From Hypanus sabinus (taxonomy: Eukaryota): DNA of 64,000 bases. Below, piece by piece: positions 11,757 to 25,585 of this stretch (within the stretch, counting starts at the first letter, position 1; each line of letters starts with the position of its first letter). A program made the position numbers and the translations under genes. The stretch is from positions 31,930,001 to 31,994,000 of the forward strand of contig NC_082722.1 of the NCBI RefSeq assembly GCF_030144855.1. Direction: 5' to 3'. The notes under the pieces are model-generated. The model was not told the DNA's origin, searched no databases, and was given only the letters and a program-made list of their open reading frames with translations.

Positions 11757-12625
11757 ATCAAGGACTCCCCCCACCCACATGCAGGCCATACTCTCTTCTT
11801 GCTGCGGCTATCAGGAAGGAGGCACAGGAGCTGCAGGACCCACACCACCAGGGTCAGGAGCAGACATTACCCCATAATCATCAGCCTCTTGAACTAGAGG
11901 GGATAATTTCACTCAAGTCCATTCACCCCATCACTGAACTGTTCTCACAGCCTATAGACTCACTTTCAAGTACTGTTTATTTCATGTTCTCGATTATGCA
12001 TTGCTTGTTTTTTTTATTTCTTACTTTTTGTATTTACACAGTTTGTTGTCTTTTGCACATTTGTTGTTTGTTCATCCTCTTGGGTGTGGTCTTTTATTGA
12101 TTCTATTGTGCTTCCTGTATTTACTGCAAATGCTCGCAAGAAAATGAATCTCAGGGTTATAACTTGTTATATGTGTACTTTGATAATAAATTTACTTTGC
12201 ACAAATTCAGCTGCTACATACAACATGTTTTTGATCAGGAATGCCACCTCTGCATTTCAACCTATTATGTTATTTCTAAAATAGTCATTGTAGAACTGTC
12301 ACTTGAGATTTTATTGAGCTCTGCCCTTAATGAAAGTCACAGAGAGAGAGGTCCAATAGCTGCATTCATTCATTACTGGATGGTCTATTCATTTGTACAG
12401 GAATTGCACTGTAGACCAAGCTATCCAATCCAACTTCAACTGGACCCAAATATATGTGCTCTGGTTGCATATCAAAAAAATAGTCTACAGGCTCATATGG
12501 AGCAAAGCTGTGGAAGGTTATTCCCTGGGACACCAACCAAATAAACCCAGAAATCAGTCTTTTCTAGTGAGGATAACATAAGCATGGGAAAAAATGGGAG
12601 GAAAAGAATCAGTCAATGATATCTA

Positions 12626-13260
12626 CAGTACTGTGTGAAAGCCTTAAGCATGTAAATAATCCGAGAAACCAAAGATGCTTTCAAAAATAATTAAAGTTTC
12701 TAAATATCAAAAAAGTTACTATAAAGAGCTATAAACAGTAAAAAAAAAGGTAACTACATCAAATCAATATTTGTTGTGACCACCCTTTGCCTTTAAAACT
12801 GCATTAATTCTCTTGGGTACACTTGTGCAGTTTTATAACAAAATTGGCTGGTTGGGTGTTCCAAGCATCTTGAAGAACTTGCCACAGTTCTTCAGTAGAC
12901 TTTAGCTGACTTGCTCTCCAGGTAATCCCAGACAACCTTGATGATGTTGAGATAAGGGCTCTGTGGAGGCCGTACCACCTGTTGCAGAACACCCCATTCT
13001 ATTTTTTTGCTGAAGATTGTCCTCTATGACCTTGGCTGTGTGTTTGGCATCACTATCATGCTGAAGAATAAAGTTAGGATCAATCAGACCCCCCCCCCCC
13101 CCCCCGATGGTATTATCTGATGGATGAGAATCTGCTTGTACTTTTCAGCATTGAGGATTCCATTAATTCTGATCACATCACCAACTCCATTTGCAGATAG
13201 ATTTGCAGCCCCAAATCTGCAGGGAACTTCCGTTGTCCTTCACTGTTAGCTGCACTCAAA
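12626..13260. mobile_element. Tc1-like transposon remnant
   Basis: TA-cagtactgtgtgaaagccttaagca terminus; minus-strand transposase C-terminal remnant STEELWQVLQDAW. Confidence 0.65.
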
Positions 13261-14091
13261 CATATGGTTTCAGGGTTGCAAAATATATGCATGCTTGAAA
13301 GTGCTGCTCCCAGGAACACTGCACATTCCCACTCTCTCCTTCCTCTTAGTTTTGTTGTTAGACTTCTGTTGTTGTTAGATTCTTCTAGGTTCCATGTGAA
13401 GCTCATGGCAGTTCTCCAAATAAACAACCGCAGTTCTCAGGGGTCCAAAATAAGTGCTCTACTGGAATCTTCCAAGGTTGGCCTGGTAGACCTGCTACAG
13501 AACCCGCAAACTCGTTCAGATGAACAGAGATTATACAATAGACCGAGGGTACCCAATCCAAGTCTGACAGGGCATAACTATACACATCAACTTTAATCAA
13601 AATTTACAACTCCATAGACTCAGATATGGCATGGCTCAGAAAGGTTTGAGTTTGGTTTCCTTTTGATACTCAAAGACCTCAATTATGAGTCTGTAAAAGC
13701 TAAAGATAAGTTGCATTTGCTGAAATGTTTTAAATTATTTAAAATGTTCTTGTGCCTTATGCAAATTCACTCAAAAAGTGTTTCATAATCTGAACGCACT
13801 TTTCCAAAATACTTGTTTGCATTTTTAATAGTTTTTTTCTGGTGGGTTAGGGGCTCTGCAGTCTGACAAAAGAATCCAGAGGAGTTTCATGAATCCTAGC
13901 TTACCCAAATCACTAATCAAGCCATCACCTCTCAACTCTATGGCTATACAAGCTCGCAGAATCTCCTTTAGGGATCTGGATTGGGCGGATCCAGGGAAAT
14001 GAGTGCATACACAGAGAATGCAAGCAAAATCTCTGCTATTAAATGAAAAGATTCATTTTCTGGATAATGGTATTATTAAATAGGCAATTCA

Positions 14092-14253
<162 letters not shown>

Positions 14254-15553
14254 CTATGATTAATAATATGTGAGAAAGAAAACAGCAAACTGGCAACTTT
14301 GCAAATCAATTCAATCAGTATTTATTAAAATTTACACTTATTACAAGCTTGTAAAAAAAGATATTTAAAAATGTACCGGAGAATATGCATGGAGTCAGAC
14401 TTCCATATATCAGGTCCTTCGCTATGTAGAGTATCCCAGTATTTTATCAGATGTCAAGATACTGAGACCACATTTCTACTATTAGATTAGCACTCTACAA
14501 AAGTGGCCAAATTTTAAACAAAGTTAACATCCAAAATCACTCACACCTATATGTCTAATGTCTTAAGTTAATTCAAATTTCAATCATGGATCCAGTTTGA
14601 AACTGCGAGATTCTACCGATCGTATTGGGTTTGCAAGGTTCCTTAAATTGTACTCAGTTTCTAACGTGTATGCACAGGCATGCATTAAAACTTTGAATAG
14701 ATAGAAGAGAACCATCTTAAACCAGTCAATATTTAAGTTATCAGTCATTTTAATCAGTAATTAAGTTTTTAAGTTTGTTTAAATTTGGGTAATCACATGA
14801 AATTCTTATTATTGCTGATAAATACATTGTCAGTTTTGTTAATAAATACTCAGTTATCACTTAATTCCCTGAAATCTTTTATAGTGTCCATTTATGCTGC
14901 ATGATGAAGATTTCATGTTTCAATAAAGCCAAATCTTGTTAGCTTAAGTTTCCCACAGCTTATTACAAGTGCTTTATCAGAAGCTTGAAAAGCAAACTAA
15001 TTAGCACAACTTAAACTGCCTCTGTAGACAAGGTCTCAATTGAGGCATCTTACTTGCATCTTATTTTGAAAGCCGCCTTATTTTGGGTAAAACCAAGACT
15101 TCTTCAAACCCTGCTCAATTACGATTCAATTACAATTTTTTCCTGCTATTCAGTGGCGAGGCCAATCGCTTTCAAACCTCCCAATGTGATGTGCTTTACC
15201 TTTAGTTCCTTATCCTATTCCACAGTTAAACTATATCTTATGATACTATGATCACAGTTTCCTTAATAATCACCCACTGACACTTACTTCACTTGACTCC
15301 CAGAACCAGATTCAGTAGTGCCTCCCTGCCTGGCTGGGCTATAAACATTCTGATAAAATTTCACTAGACACACACCAGAACAAATTTCCCTTCTGTGCCC
15401 TTTGTATTATCCCAGTCTATGCAGAATAGCTGATGCCTCTCATTATCACAGCTTGCTCGATTTTTTTGATTGATCTCTTATTAAAATTACCATTTCTAAG
15501 AAAGGTGCAGGAAACAGAAGACATATCAAGGAAAAATTAGCTTGCCAACTCAC

Positions 15554-15599
15554 CATTGACAACTCTCCTACACTGAATCATTTTCAAATCAATCAATTC
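15554..15599 (-). CDS. DUS2: DUS2 coding exon 2, ELIDLKMIQCRRVVN(E)
   Basis: 46-nt exon, tag| ... |gtgagt. Confidence 0.95.
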
Positions 15600-16509
15600 C
15601 TATTTAAAAGTGGGGAAAAAGTGATTAAATTCAGTCTTGCTGCTATATTAATCATTGCCAAATTAGTTAATCAATTGAATAACAAAGCATATCAAAGGCA
15701 CAGTTTAACCTTATTATTTTGCAAAATATTACCAAGATTTATAAAAAGAGATTGAGCTGTCCAGTATTCTTTTTATGTGACAGTGCCAAACTGCAATTTT
15801 GCATCCCAATAGTTTTGCAGGCTGATTGTTCCAAATTTTAATCAACTTTCAAAAAGATTTTTACTGTTTTCCATTACAATGCAGCATTGAAAGCCACTAT
15901 GAAAAGGTTTATTGTTGACTGTAGCCTTTTAAAGACTTTGTTAACATCAGGACTGTGCTTAAAAGGAAAAACAGCAGGGTAAATATACTAGATTAACGAC
16001 TGGTTGATAGAATCCTCATTCTATCCCAAAATCAATTTTCTCTTAAATAGAAGAGGAAAGCAATATTTGAAGAATAAATTCAAAGTACTGTAGATGCTGT
16101 AAATCTGAAAGTAAGAAAATAAATAAGGACACATTTCAGAAGGTTTAACGTTTTATGTACTTTAAATAGATACTTTTAAATGAAATGTTTTAGAATCACA
16201 TAACTGTAGATTCAAAATTATATTTTTTCAATATATGGTTATATTGTTATTGCAAAATAAATTTATTGTGAATTAAGGTCTTTACATCAGCTTCAGGAAC
16301 CCACATTTGACCTTGACCTTGGGTGCTTCAGTTTCCCCCCCATATCAAAGACATTGGTTGGTTAACTTGTAAGCTTAAGTTACTGCTTGTTGTCAGTAGG
16401 TATCAAAAGGATCAACGGGGAGCTGATGATCATGTAAGAGAAAGTCAGTTAAAGGATATATGTAACCAAGGAGGGGAGATGGGTTACTTTTTCAGTGTCA
16501 TAATAAGTT

Positions 16510-16775
16510 AAGTGGCCAAGTGGTTAAGGCGTTGGAACAGTTCGAGCCTCAGCTAAGGCAGCGTGTTGTGTCCTTGAGCAAGGCACTTAAGCACACATTG
16601 CACTGTGACGACAGTAGTGCCAAGCTGTATCGGCCCTTGCCCTTCCCTTGGACAACATCGGTGGCGTGGAGAGGGGAGACTTGTAGCATGGGCAACTGCC
16701 GGTCTCCCATACAACCCTGCCCAGGTCTGCGCCCTGGAAAAATCCATGGTCTCTCGAGACTAACAGATGCCTAAT
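16510..16775 (+). mobile_element. tRNA-derived SINE
   Basis: A-box-like gtggccaagtggttaaggcg and gttcgag B-box remnant. Inverted copy at 57073-57360. Confidence 0.7.
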
Positions 16776-17959
16776 AAGTAAGGTACTCTGAACTTTGACC
16801 AGATGCTTCAAGGTTTCTGACGATATTTAATTTTCCAGCACAATACCACTTGTAAAATAAGCATTACATATAACTGAACTGGGAATGACATTTAATAGAC
16901 CATCTTACTTCATACACAAAAAATCCTGTCAACAAATATATTTTTCTTGTGGTTGTGATAGCTTTCTTGGAGCCCTGAATATTGTGTGCTGGCTGTTTTG
17001 GACATTGGCTTATTTATAAAAGGTCAATAAGACTTCAATAATAAATAGACATCATTCATAGATCTGCAGAAAACTTTAATAATTACAAATTAATGGATTA
17101 AAATCAATGAGTGGCCAGCCCATTTGAATCACTTCACTGTATCCTCTGCCTAACTCACTGAGATCCAGTATTACAGAAAACAGTTAACATTACCAAACTT
17201 AAAGTTTCCTGATTTGATTACCATAACAGACTATTCACCATAATGTGCTCAGTTTAAAATATAGTAATTTTTTTCATGAGTAACCCACAGAAAGCCAGAG
17301 GAACTCAGTGGGTCAGGCAGTAGTCATAGAAGGAAACAGACAAGTCAACATTTTGGGTCAAGGCCCTTCGTTAAGATTAGGATTCATTTAGTGAGTATTG
17401 TAATGCAGCAAGAAATATTTTTTGCTCATGAAATTATTGCCAATAAAAAAGCAGAAAATGCTGGAAATACTCAGCAGTTCAGGCAGGACCTATGGAAGAG
17501 AGAAACAGAATTTCTGGTTGATTAATGGGGAAAAGTTTGAAATAAATGAGTAAAGATCTAAAGAAAAGGGAAGTCCAAAGACCTGGAAGTTGAGAACATA
17601 CAAACTTTACTTGCTTGATATGAAAATCAAGGACTCCTTCACCTATTATATACCAGGCCCTTAGTGAACATATTCTAATATGAAAGTTCTGTATTTCCTC
17701 TGGAAAGGAGAACTAATTGGACACTCAAATTTGTTCCAGCTCACAGACCAATGCTATTTCCCCACCCTGTTTTCCCCATAGTATATTTTCCCCATATTCC
17801 CGTCAACTTGCCCCAGATTCAATCACTCAGCTACACACCAACAACAATTTACAGCTTTACAGCAGCTAATTAACCTGCCATGTTGGAAGAAACTGGAGTA
17901 CTCAGGGAAATCCTTAGTGGAAATCTCTTTATGCAGGGCTCTTTCCCCTGTACATTAGG

Positions 17960-18520
17960 GACCCAGAATGGAAGGTGTTGCATAGGGCAGTACAGTGCAA
18001 TTGTCTTTGAAGCAGGTTCAGACACCCCATTCTCCTGTCTATTCTGTGGCCGGGAGGAGCCAGTGTACCAGGCTTATGTGGAGTGCGAGAGGTCGCAGCC
18101 CCAGTTTGAGTATCTGAAGGGGCTGCTGCTCAGGTTCTGGCTCTACTTCAGCACGTGCCCCTTGTATAAGGGCACCCAGTACGGAAGGAGGTGGTGTCAT
18201 GAGGACAATCTACTGGTGGCCTTGTTCCTGGGCCTGGTCAAGATGGCCATTCAGCTGTCTAGGTAGTGGAAAGTTGATGGCTCTGCCAGGGGCGACTGCT
18301 TGCCCTTCTCTGAGGATACGTTTGTGCTCAGCTATCCTGGGAGAGGGGGCATGAGGTCACAGTGGGTACAGTGGCCGATCTCTGGGAGTGGTTGGTTCCC
18401 CAGGGAATTTTCTGTTTTATAGACAGTAGTAATTTGAATTTTTTGCTGTCTTGTCAATACTTAATGTTTGTACTTTGTGTATTTGTTACGCAAGTAAACT
18501 ATTATGTTTTTGTAAACAGT
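17960..18520 (+). mobile_element. Tx1/L1-clade LINE ORF2 C-terminal remnant
   Basis: CLFCGREEPVYQAYVECERSQPQFEYLKGLLLRFWLYFS...LLVALFLGLVKMAI, a decayed CCHC zinc-finger region, followed by a T-rich 3' UTR. Confidence 0.65.
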
Positions 18521-19650
18521 TAAAATTCCACTCAGCTCCCATGAACTGGGTTCAATCCTGACCCCAAGAGCTGTCTGTGAGGTAGAAAATCCTCTGACTG
18601 CACCGTTGTGGTCCAAATCTGCCATTTTTGTCTGTTTGAGTGTACAGTCAGATAATTTCTTTTGTTACACAATCAATAGCATTTTTTGTCCCTTTAGGAA
18701 AATCTTGACCTTGTACTTAATCTATTCTCCTTCTCATGCCCTGATTTATGCCCCAGTACCATAAATGCTTTGATATTTTTATCTAATCATTTGCAGACAC
18801 TCAGCTGCTCCCTTGAGTGAAAATGAAAATATTTCTCCGACCAAACTTAATTCCTGGCTTCAAATACTTGGAGACATATTTTTATGCCAGTAAGCTTATT
18901 TCCAATTTGAAGTTAAAATTATATTCTCAAGTTTCTGCTTGGACCAAAATTCACAAAACAGAGACATAAGGCATACCTTCTGACAAGGCTGCCAGAGAAA
19001 ACTAGGAAGAGGGAGAAACAAAACTGATGCGAGATGACTGAAATTGCATGGCTAAGTCAAGAAAGTATTCAATTTGACCCATCACCCCTACTGTTTTCAC
19101 TTCCATGAAATATAGGAAAGTTAACAGAATTGAAAGGGGATAAAATACAGACAGAGAGATCGAGTGAGAGGCGGAGAATAAATAAAAAGGTGAGTGAAAG
19201 TGTGCAGGAAAGAGAAAAGGAAAGCAAGAGTAACCAACAATAAGGAAGTGTATAAATGACTGAGGAAGAAGTAAATATATGAGAAATAATATGTTTATTA
19301 AATCAAAATAAATACATGGAGGGAAATAACTGATTATTCAGCATCTGAAAGGAACAGATAATTCAGTTATCACTGTGGAACACATCAGTGACAATGGAAG
19401 CAACTGCAGGGCTGCTGGTGGGAATAGCCTGGTGTTGCAAAAACAAACGTTAAGTAGGAGTAGTCAAAACTCACTGTGCATGGGAGTCATCACACTTACT
19501 CTTTGTCAAAAATCTCTTCTGGTTTAAATCTGTGCAAATCTCTTCTGGCTTAAAACATAGCAAGTCTGTTCCAGCAAATCAGAGATTCTGTTCTCCAAAT
19601 GTGCCCAATTCGGTATGCACCAAAATGTAACAGTCAAAGTAAGTCTAGTA

Positions 19651-20371
19651 CAGAGGTCGGCAACCTGCGGCTCCGGAGCCACATGTGGCTCTTTCATCTC
19701 TGTGATGCGGCTCCCCGTGGTTTGTTAGCTTTTGAAATGTAATTCGAAATTTGAAGATTATGGTGATCTTGTACAATCTGAAAACTTTGTGGAGACACCA
19801 TTTCCTGGCACATCCGAACCGGCTCACAATTAGCCACCGTTCCGGCTAAGGGAGATAGCCTACGGGGGGGTTGTGAGTACGTGTCTTTTGAAGCATCCAC
19901 GCCCACGGGGACGGGTTGAGGGAGGCTTTAAAGCAAGGCTGTTTAGTTCGAATAAAGTTACCTTTGACTGCAATCTTTATTTTAGCGCTGCGTGTAGCAC
20001 ACCGCTACAACGTGTTTTTTTATCGCTATTAATATACATCACAACTGCCAATGCCTGACACCCGCCAGTGCGCGCTTTCTTTTAATTCTTCGATCCAAGG
20101 TCGGCTAACTATGGAGTAACCTTCAACCCAACGTCTTTTTTTCGGAGTTCAAATTGTTTTTGTTGCATGCAGAAATGTAATTTTGTTTTCTCTGCAGGAG
20201 TTCATCAATTTCATAAATGCAACACATTATAGTTTGTTTATACATAGCATAAAGGCAAAAAAAAAACCCGTTGTATGCAGTGTTATTTCATTTTGTGGCT
20301 CCCAGTGTTTTCTTTTCTGTGGGAAATGGGTCCATATTGGCTCTTTCAGTGGTAAACGTTGCCGACCCCTG
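19651..20371. mobile_element. hAT (Charlie-like) non-autonomous element with a nested solo LTR
   Basis: TIRs cagaggtcggcaac / gttgccgacccctg and a perfect 8-bp TSD GTCTAGTA (19643-19650, 20372-20379). Confidence 0.9.
19788..20009 (+). repeat. Solo LTR related to the Gypsy element at 7868-9439
   Basis: TGTGGAGACACCATTTCCTGGCACATCCGAACCGGCTCACAATTAG...TTTTAGCGCTGCGTGTAGCACACCGCTACA. Flanks ACTT/ACGT look like an imperfect 4-bp TSD. Confidence 0.85.
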
Positions 20372-21058
20372 GTCTAGTACATTGGTTCCATGCTAATGGA
20401 GTATATTGTTCCATATCAAATCTGCAGTTTTTATATTTTGTGTCAGGACAGGAAGATTGGTGTTTTTTAAAGAAATCTCTGTGGCCAAAGCTTCGTGAAT
20501 CCAGTTTATTGTGCTGACTATAGCTTCCAAGGCTACACTTTGCTCTCCTTAGAGGGTTTCTATTCAAGTGTTCACAAAAATCTATTCAATCAGACTAACT
20601 CACTGATGCAGACTTTTAGGCTAAGTTTTTTGACAGGGTATTTTGACAATGTTGTTAACATAAAGGCAAAGAAAGAAGATTAAAATCTGAAGACAGATCA
20701 CTAGTAGATATCTACTAGATATCTCGGCTCAAGCACCAGAACAGACAATCCACAATCCTTCATGTGCTTCTGATGTAAGTGTGGACCAAATGTCACAATC
20801 TTGCTTTTCCTTTGTTGAGGCTGTTTTGCTTTCACAGCATTTTTATGGTTTACTCTGTAAATGAACAAGTGACACTAGGTCTTTGACAAGGAATATTCTC
20901 AGACTTTTCATTTAACACAGATCCAAAACCACTCATCCATGGATGTTAGTCACAGCTAAAATAACAACAGAGCGGAAGAAAGCATGACAAATATTTTTTG
21001 GAGGAATTTATACTATAAGCACGTGACAAGTGCCACTGTTGTAAATACCCCCATATTA

Positions 21059-21325
<267 letters not shown>

Positions 21326-22030
21326 CTACAAATTTGTCAGCAATTTTGAAAACCAGCATTCGTGTGTCTCCTTTAAGGGAGGAGAAAGGTTGGGGAGGTG
21401 AAATCAGAGAGAGATGAAAAATGAGCCAAAGCAGGAAGAGGGTGAATGAAAATAGAGGATATTAATGAAAGGTCAGAATGCAGGAAGGAAATTCCTGAAC
21501 TTAGCTGATAAGATTATAACAGTGGGATGAAGTGGGAGCCAGACACAAGTCAGGAGAAACCTAAAGGCTCTCAGACCAGAGGAAGTTACAGGAAATACAA
21601 TGCCATATAAAACCTTAGAGATTGGAACAAGGAGCATGTTTGGTCAATGTGCAATGACATAACACCCTGAGATTTCTCTTAATGTCAAACTAATCACCAA
21701 AAGTATCACATCCTTTCTTTTCCCAGCTCCAGCAAGTGTGATGGGGTATCAGAAACAAGATGGTTGGATGACTTATCTGTAAACAAGATAGATTTGGGCC
21801 TTGTTTGTGAGTTCATCCAAAAAGGGGGTTCCTTTCTGTCGACAGAAAAGTTTAAGAACTGAGACCGTCAATGGCCAATACAGATTACATTGAGCCACCT
21901 GTTGTTACTCTTAGTTTGTCCTAATGTAAAATACCTGAACACAAGATGCTCGAACCTCTAAAAAGAAACAGTACCACAACATCCAGCCACAGACCTGAAA
22001 GCTGGAAGGATCTTCTACTTTTTGCCTTAC

Positions 22031-22073
22031 CTCATCTTGATCTCAAGAAATTGATGGCAAACTAGAAAGCCAC
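22031..22073 (-). other. DUS2: Candidate DUS2 leader exon 2 (43 nt) with an in-frame ATG
   Basis: ctctctggtcttttgtgactcag| ... GAG|gtaagg. ATG at 22035-22033 splices in frame to give [12 protein letters not shown]. Confidence 0.6.
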
Positions 22074-22139
22074 CTGAGTCACAAAAGACCAGAGAGCGGG
22101 GATTAAGAGCCGCATACAAACTGACAGCACATAACTCAA

Positions 22140-22222
22140 ACACGAGGAAATCTGCAGATGCTGGAAATTCAAACAACACACGCAAAAGGCAGCCTGGCCT
22201 GCTGTGTTCCACCAGCATTTTG
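22140..22222. mobile_element. Short Penelope-terminus-derived repeat insertion with 14-bp TSD
   Basis: agcacataactcaa is duplicated at 22126-22139 and 22223-22236 around aaatctgcagatgctggaaa...gctgtgttccaccagcattt. Confidence 0.65.
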
Positions 22223-24739
22223 AGCACATAACTCAAGTTATATTCAGTTGTATTTAATGGTGGCCTGCAAGTACTGTTGTTTGGGTGACAACTATTTTCC
22301 ATTTTCTCAAATATCTTAAAATTAGGGAATAGAAAATACAAGCAGTAAATTACAAAAACAGTTATCATTTAGGTTGCAGTTTAAAATAATAAATTGGAAG
22401 ATATTAAAAAAGTGATTAATTGCGTAATCAAAAAAAAAATCTCCTGATTCTTGGGTAAGTCTAAAGCAGATTGATGAGGGAGGTATTTTGCACAGCAGAA
22501 GTGCCTGCAAGTCTCAACTGAAAACACTTTATATTTCATTCCCTTAACAAATTATAAAATCTTACCATTGTGTTCAAAGCACTTCATGGATCTACTCCAT
22601 CTCTAGCATCTTACAAACCTCAAATTAATGTATTTCTCCAATTCCAGACACATGTATATAGCCAATTTGCTTTGTCCTTGTGTTGATGACCATTGATCCA
22701 TTACCCAAAAAAAATTAGGGATCCCAGATTTGTTTTTTTATAAATTTTGTCTATAAGGAGGGGTATGGAAATTTATGGTTCAGATGCAGGTCGATGGGAC
22801 TAGGCAGAATAACAGTTTGGTTTGGACTAAATGGAGTGAAGAGCCTTTTCTGTGGGTGGTGCTCCATGACTCTGTGCACTTTGATTTGACAGGTAATTCA
22901 GGCAGGGCTATGTTGCCAAAAATTTTGCAGTAGTTATACAGTATTATTCAACAATAAACAACAATAGAGATTATAAACCAAAGACTAAGATTCAATGCTG
23001 CAACTTTAAAACTAAATTTTCTGCATTTGGAAAAATAATTCTGAAGAGCTCAGATCAATGATTTCTGAAGTTGGCAACAGCTTAACCCTCCTTGGTTATA
23101 TTCTGCGTCACTCATAGACTACAATAGCATAACTCAAGGTGGAACTCTGTGCAGCAGGCAGGACAAAGAAAAGAAAAAAGGCTGAGAAAGTTGAAGAATG
23201 AAATGAAGAGAAAAACAGGGATGGGATAAGATAAATAGAGAAGGGAATTGGGGAAGGGTGGGTAGAAGGGGTGGAAAAAGTAGAAGGAAGAGGAAAGGAA
23301 AGATCTTTAAAATGTTAAGGACAGGTCCAGAAAATAAGTTAAAAGATGTATCTGATTCACATTGTACATTTTCTTGATCGTTTTCCTGTAATCTCCAATG
23401 TAAAACTACTGTCACCTGAGAGAGTTTTACACTAGAAAAACAAGAATGGAAAAACAAAAATCCACCAATAGGGTAGGGAGAAAGATGCCGTAAAACAGCT
23501 GTTTGGAAAAGAATAATCCTGCTGAGATGTCAAGGAATGAATTTCCCAATGGGAATGTGTAAACTCATACGTGCAGAAAATGAATTATTCAATTATTCAA
23601 TGGCATAGTATTATTTCTTCCTGGATACGGAGGTACATGTCATAGGTGAATGGACATTCAGCAACTTTTCATTATGTAGAGTAATACATTCATCACAGGT
23701 GAACATTTATTACTAATTAGATAATTATTAAAGAAGAGGAAAGGTGGCACAAAACATTTAACTACCAAATTTATATAATTTGTAGTCTCGAATACCTTGA
23801 TATCTTGATTGCCCAGTTGTGACATACTAAGCATCCAATACCACTGTTTAACTTGTGTGAATCAAAATCACCAAGATTACAGCAGATTACACCAGCACAC
23901 ATACTGCAGTTGGTGGAAATGGGAGATGACACCAATTATTAGTATAACTGCAAAATAAGGAGGTCTAAGGCAGACATACTACACATAGCTACAGGGAAAA
24001 AAATCCCAAGTTCACAGATTTTAAATATCCACTCATGACTTAAATGTATGATTGACTGTATCGAAAACAAGGGGCTTAATCTAAGTCTTAAAACTGTATT
24101 GTTAGAGAAACAGCTCATAATAGGATCTCTGATCTATGGGCCACTCTCTAACGAATATGTCCCACTCCTTTAATTTTCTCCCTGTTACATTAAATCCATA
24201 TCCTCTAGCACTTGGCATTTTTAGTTTGGGAAAAAGATTCTGGCAGCTACTGCCTCTCATGATTTATAAACTCTATCAGGTCTCCCCTCAGCCTCCGATG
24301 CTCCAGTGTAAACACAAATTAATCCAACCTCCTCTTAAAGCTCTTCTCTAATCCAGACAGCATCCTAGTAAACCTCTTCTGAAGCTGTTTGCAAAGCCTC
24401 CACATCATCCGGTACCTAAGAAATATAAGGTAATATGCTTCAGTAACTACTACCTGGTGGCTCTGACATTCACCATCATGAAGGCTGATTGTGGCACACA
24501 TTACCTCCAGCCCCCCCAGACAATCTGACCTACTGCAATTCACCTACTGCTCAAACAGGTCCACAGTGAAGTCCATTTCTCTAGCTCTGCACTCACCTCG
24601 GACCATCTGGACAGTAAAGACATCCATATTAGAAAGGGAAGTGGAGTGCACATGCTCCTGTTTACATCAATGGTGCTGAGAGCTTCAAGTTCCCTCTACA
24701 TTACTACTTCATCTTTTAATTGAGTCATAAATAATACAA

Positions 24740-25500
24740 ACAATACCCAAGGCCCACCATTTAAACTGCCTACATCCATCAAACTGCACCAGGACCATAG
24801 CCCTACCATCCATATACCTATCCAAACTTCTCTTAAACATTGAAATCGAGCTCACATGCGCTACTTGCACTAGCAGCTCATTCCCCACTCTCTGAATTAA
24901 GATGTTTTCCCTCATATTTCCCTAAAACTTTTCAACTTTCGCCCTTAATCCATGACCTCTAGTTGTAGTTCCATCCAACCTCCATGGAAAAATCCTCCTT
25001 TCATTAACCCTATCTATACCACTCATAATTTTGTATACCTCCACCAAATCTCTGCTCAGTCTTCTACATTCCAAGGAATAAAGTCCTAACCTATCTAATC
25101 TTTCCTTATAACTCAGGTCCTCCAGAAGCGGCAACAACCTTGTAAATTTTCTCTGTACTCTTTCAATCTTTTTTACATCTTTCCTGCACACAATATTCCA
25201 AATTAGGGCTCACCAACTTCAACATAACATCCCATCTCCTGTACTCAATACTTTAATTTATGAGGCCAATGTATCAAAAGCTTTCTTCATAACCCTATCT
25301 ACCTGGGACGCTACTTTCAATGACTTTTGGACCTACATTCCTAGATCCCTTTGTTCTACAGCACTCCTCAGTGCCCTAGCATTCACTGTGTAAGACCTAC
25401 CGTGGTTGGTCCTACCAAAGTACACAGCTCGCACTTGTCTACCTTATATTCCATCTGCAATTTGTCAGCTGGTCCAAATCCCTCTGATAGTCTTCCACAC
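24740..25500 (-). mobile_element. CR1-type LINE 3' fragment
   Basis: KDVKKIERVQRKFTRLLP...[20 protein letters not shown]...TRGHGL. Confidence 0.8.
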
Positions 25501-25585
25501 TGTCCACACACAGATTCTTCTGTGTCTAGTGTCACTTTATGGACATACAACCAATTAAGGTTCAGTATACAAGCTATCTTGCATA

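Larger units (their letters stand above)
7785..12200 (+). mobile_element. Rex/Babar-like LINE (RT and 3' end) split by three younger insertions
   Basis: Joining 7785-7867, 9444-9450, 10227-10928 and 11765-12200 restores ...KLISKLQDLG|VNT|PLCNWIFDFLT...SSLLYSLYTYDC...RFAKDTTVTG...EDLSW and the 3' tail. Confidence 0.8.

Noticed and set aside
19497-19640. Possible extra DUS2 exon with donor GA|gtaagt
   Set aside because: No DUS2 homology, and the flanking exons already join in frame (YCE|ELID).
23134-23457. Hydrophobic F/L/P/S-rich ORF
   Set aside because: Translation of a low-complexity purine (GA) tract.
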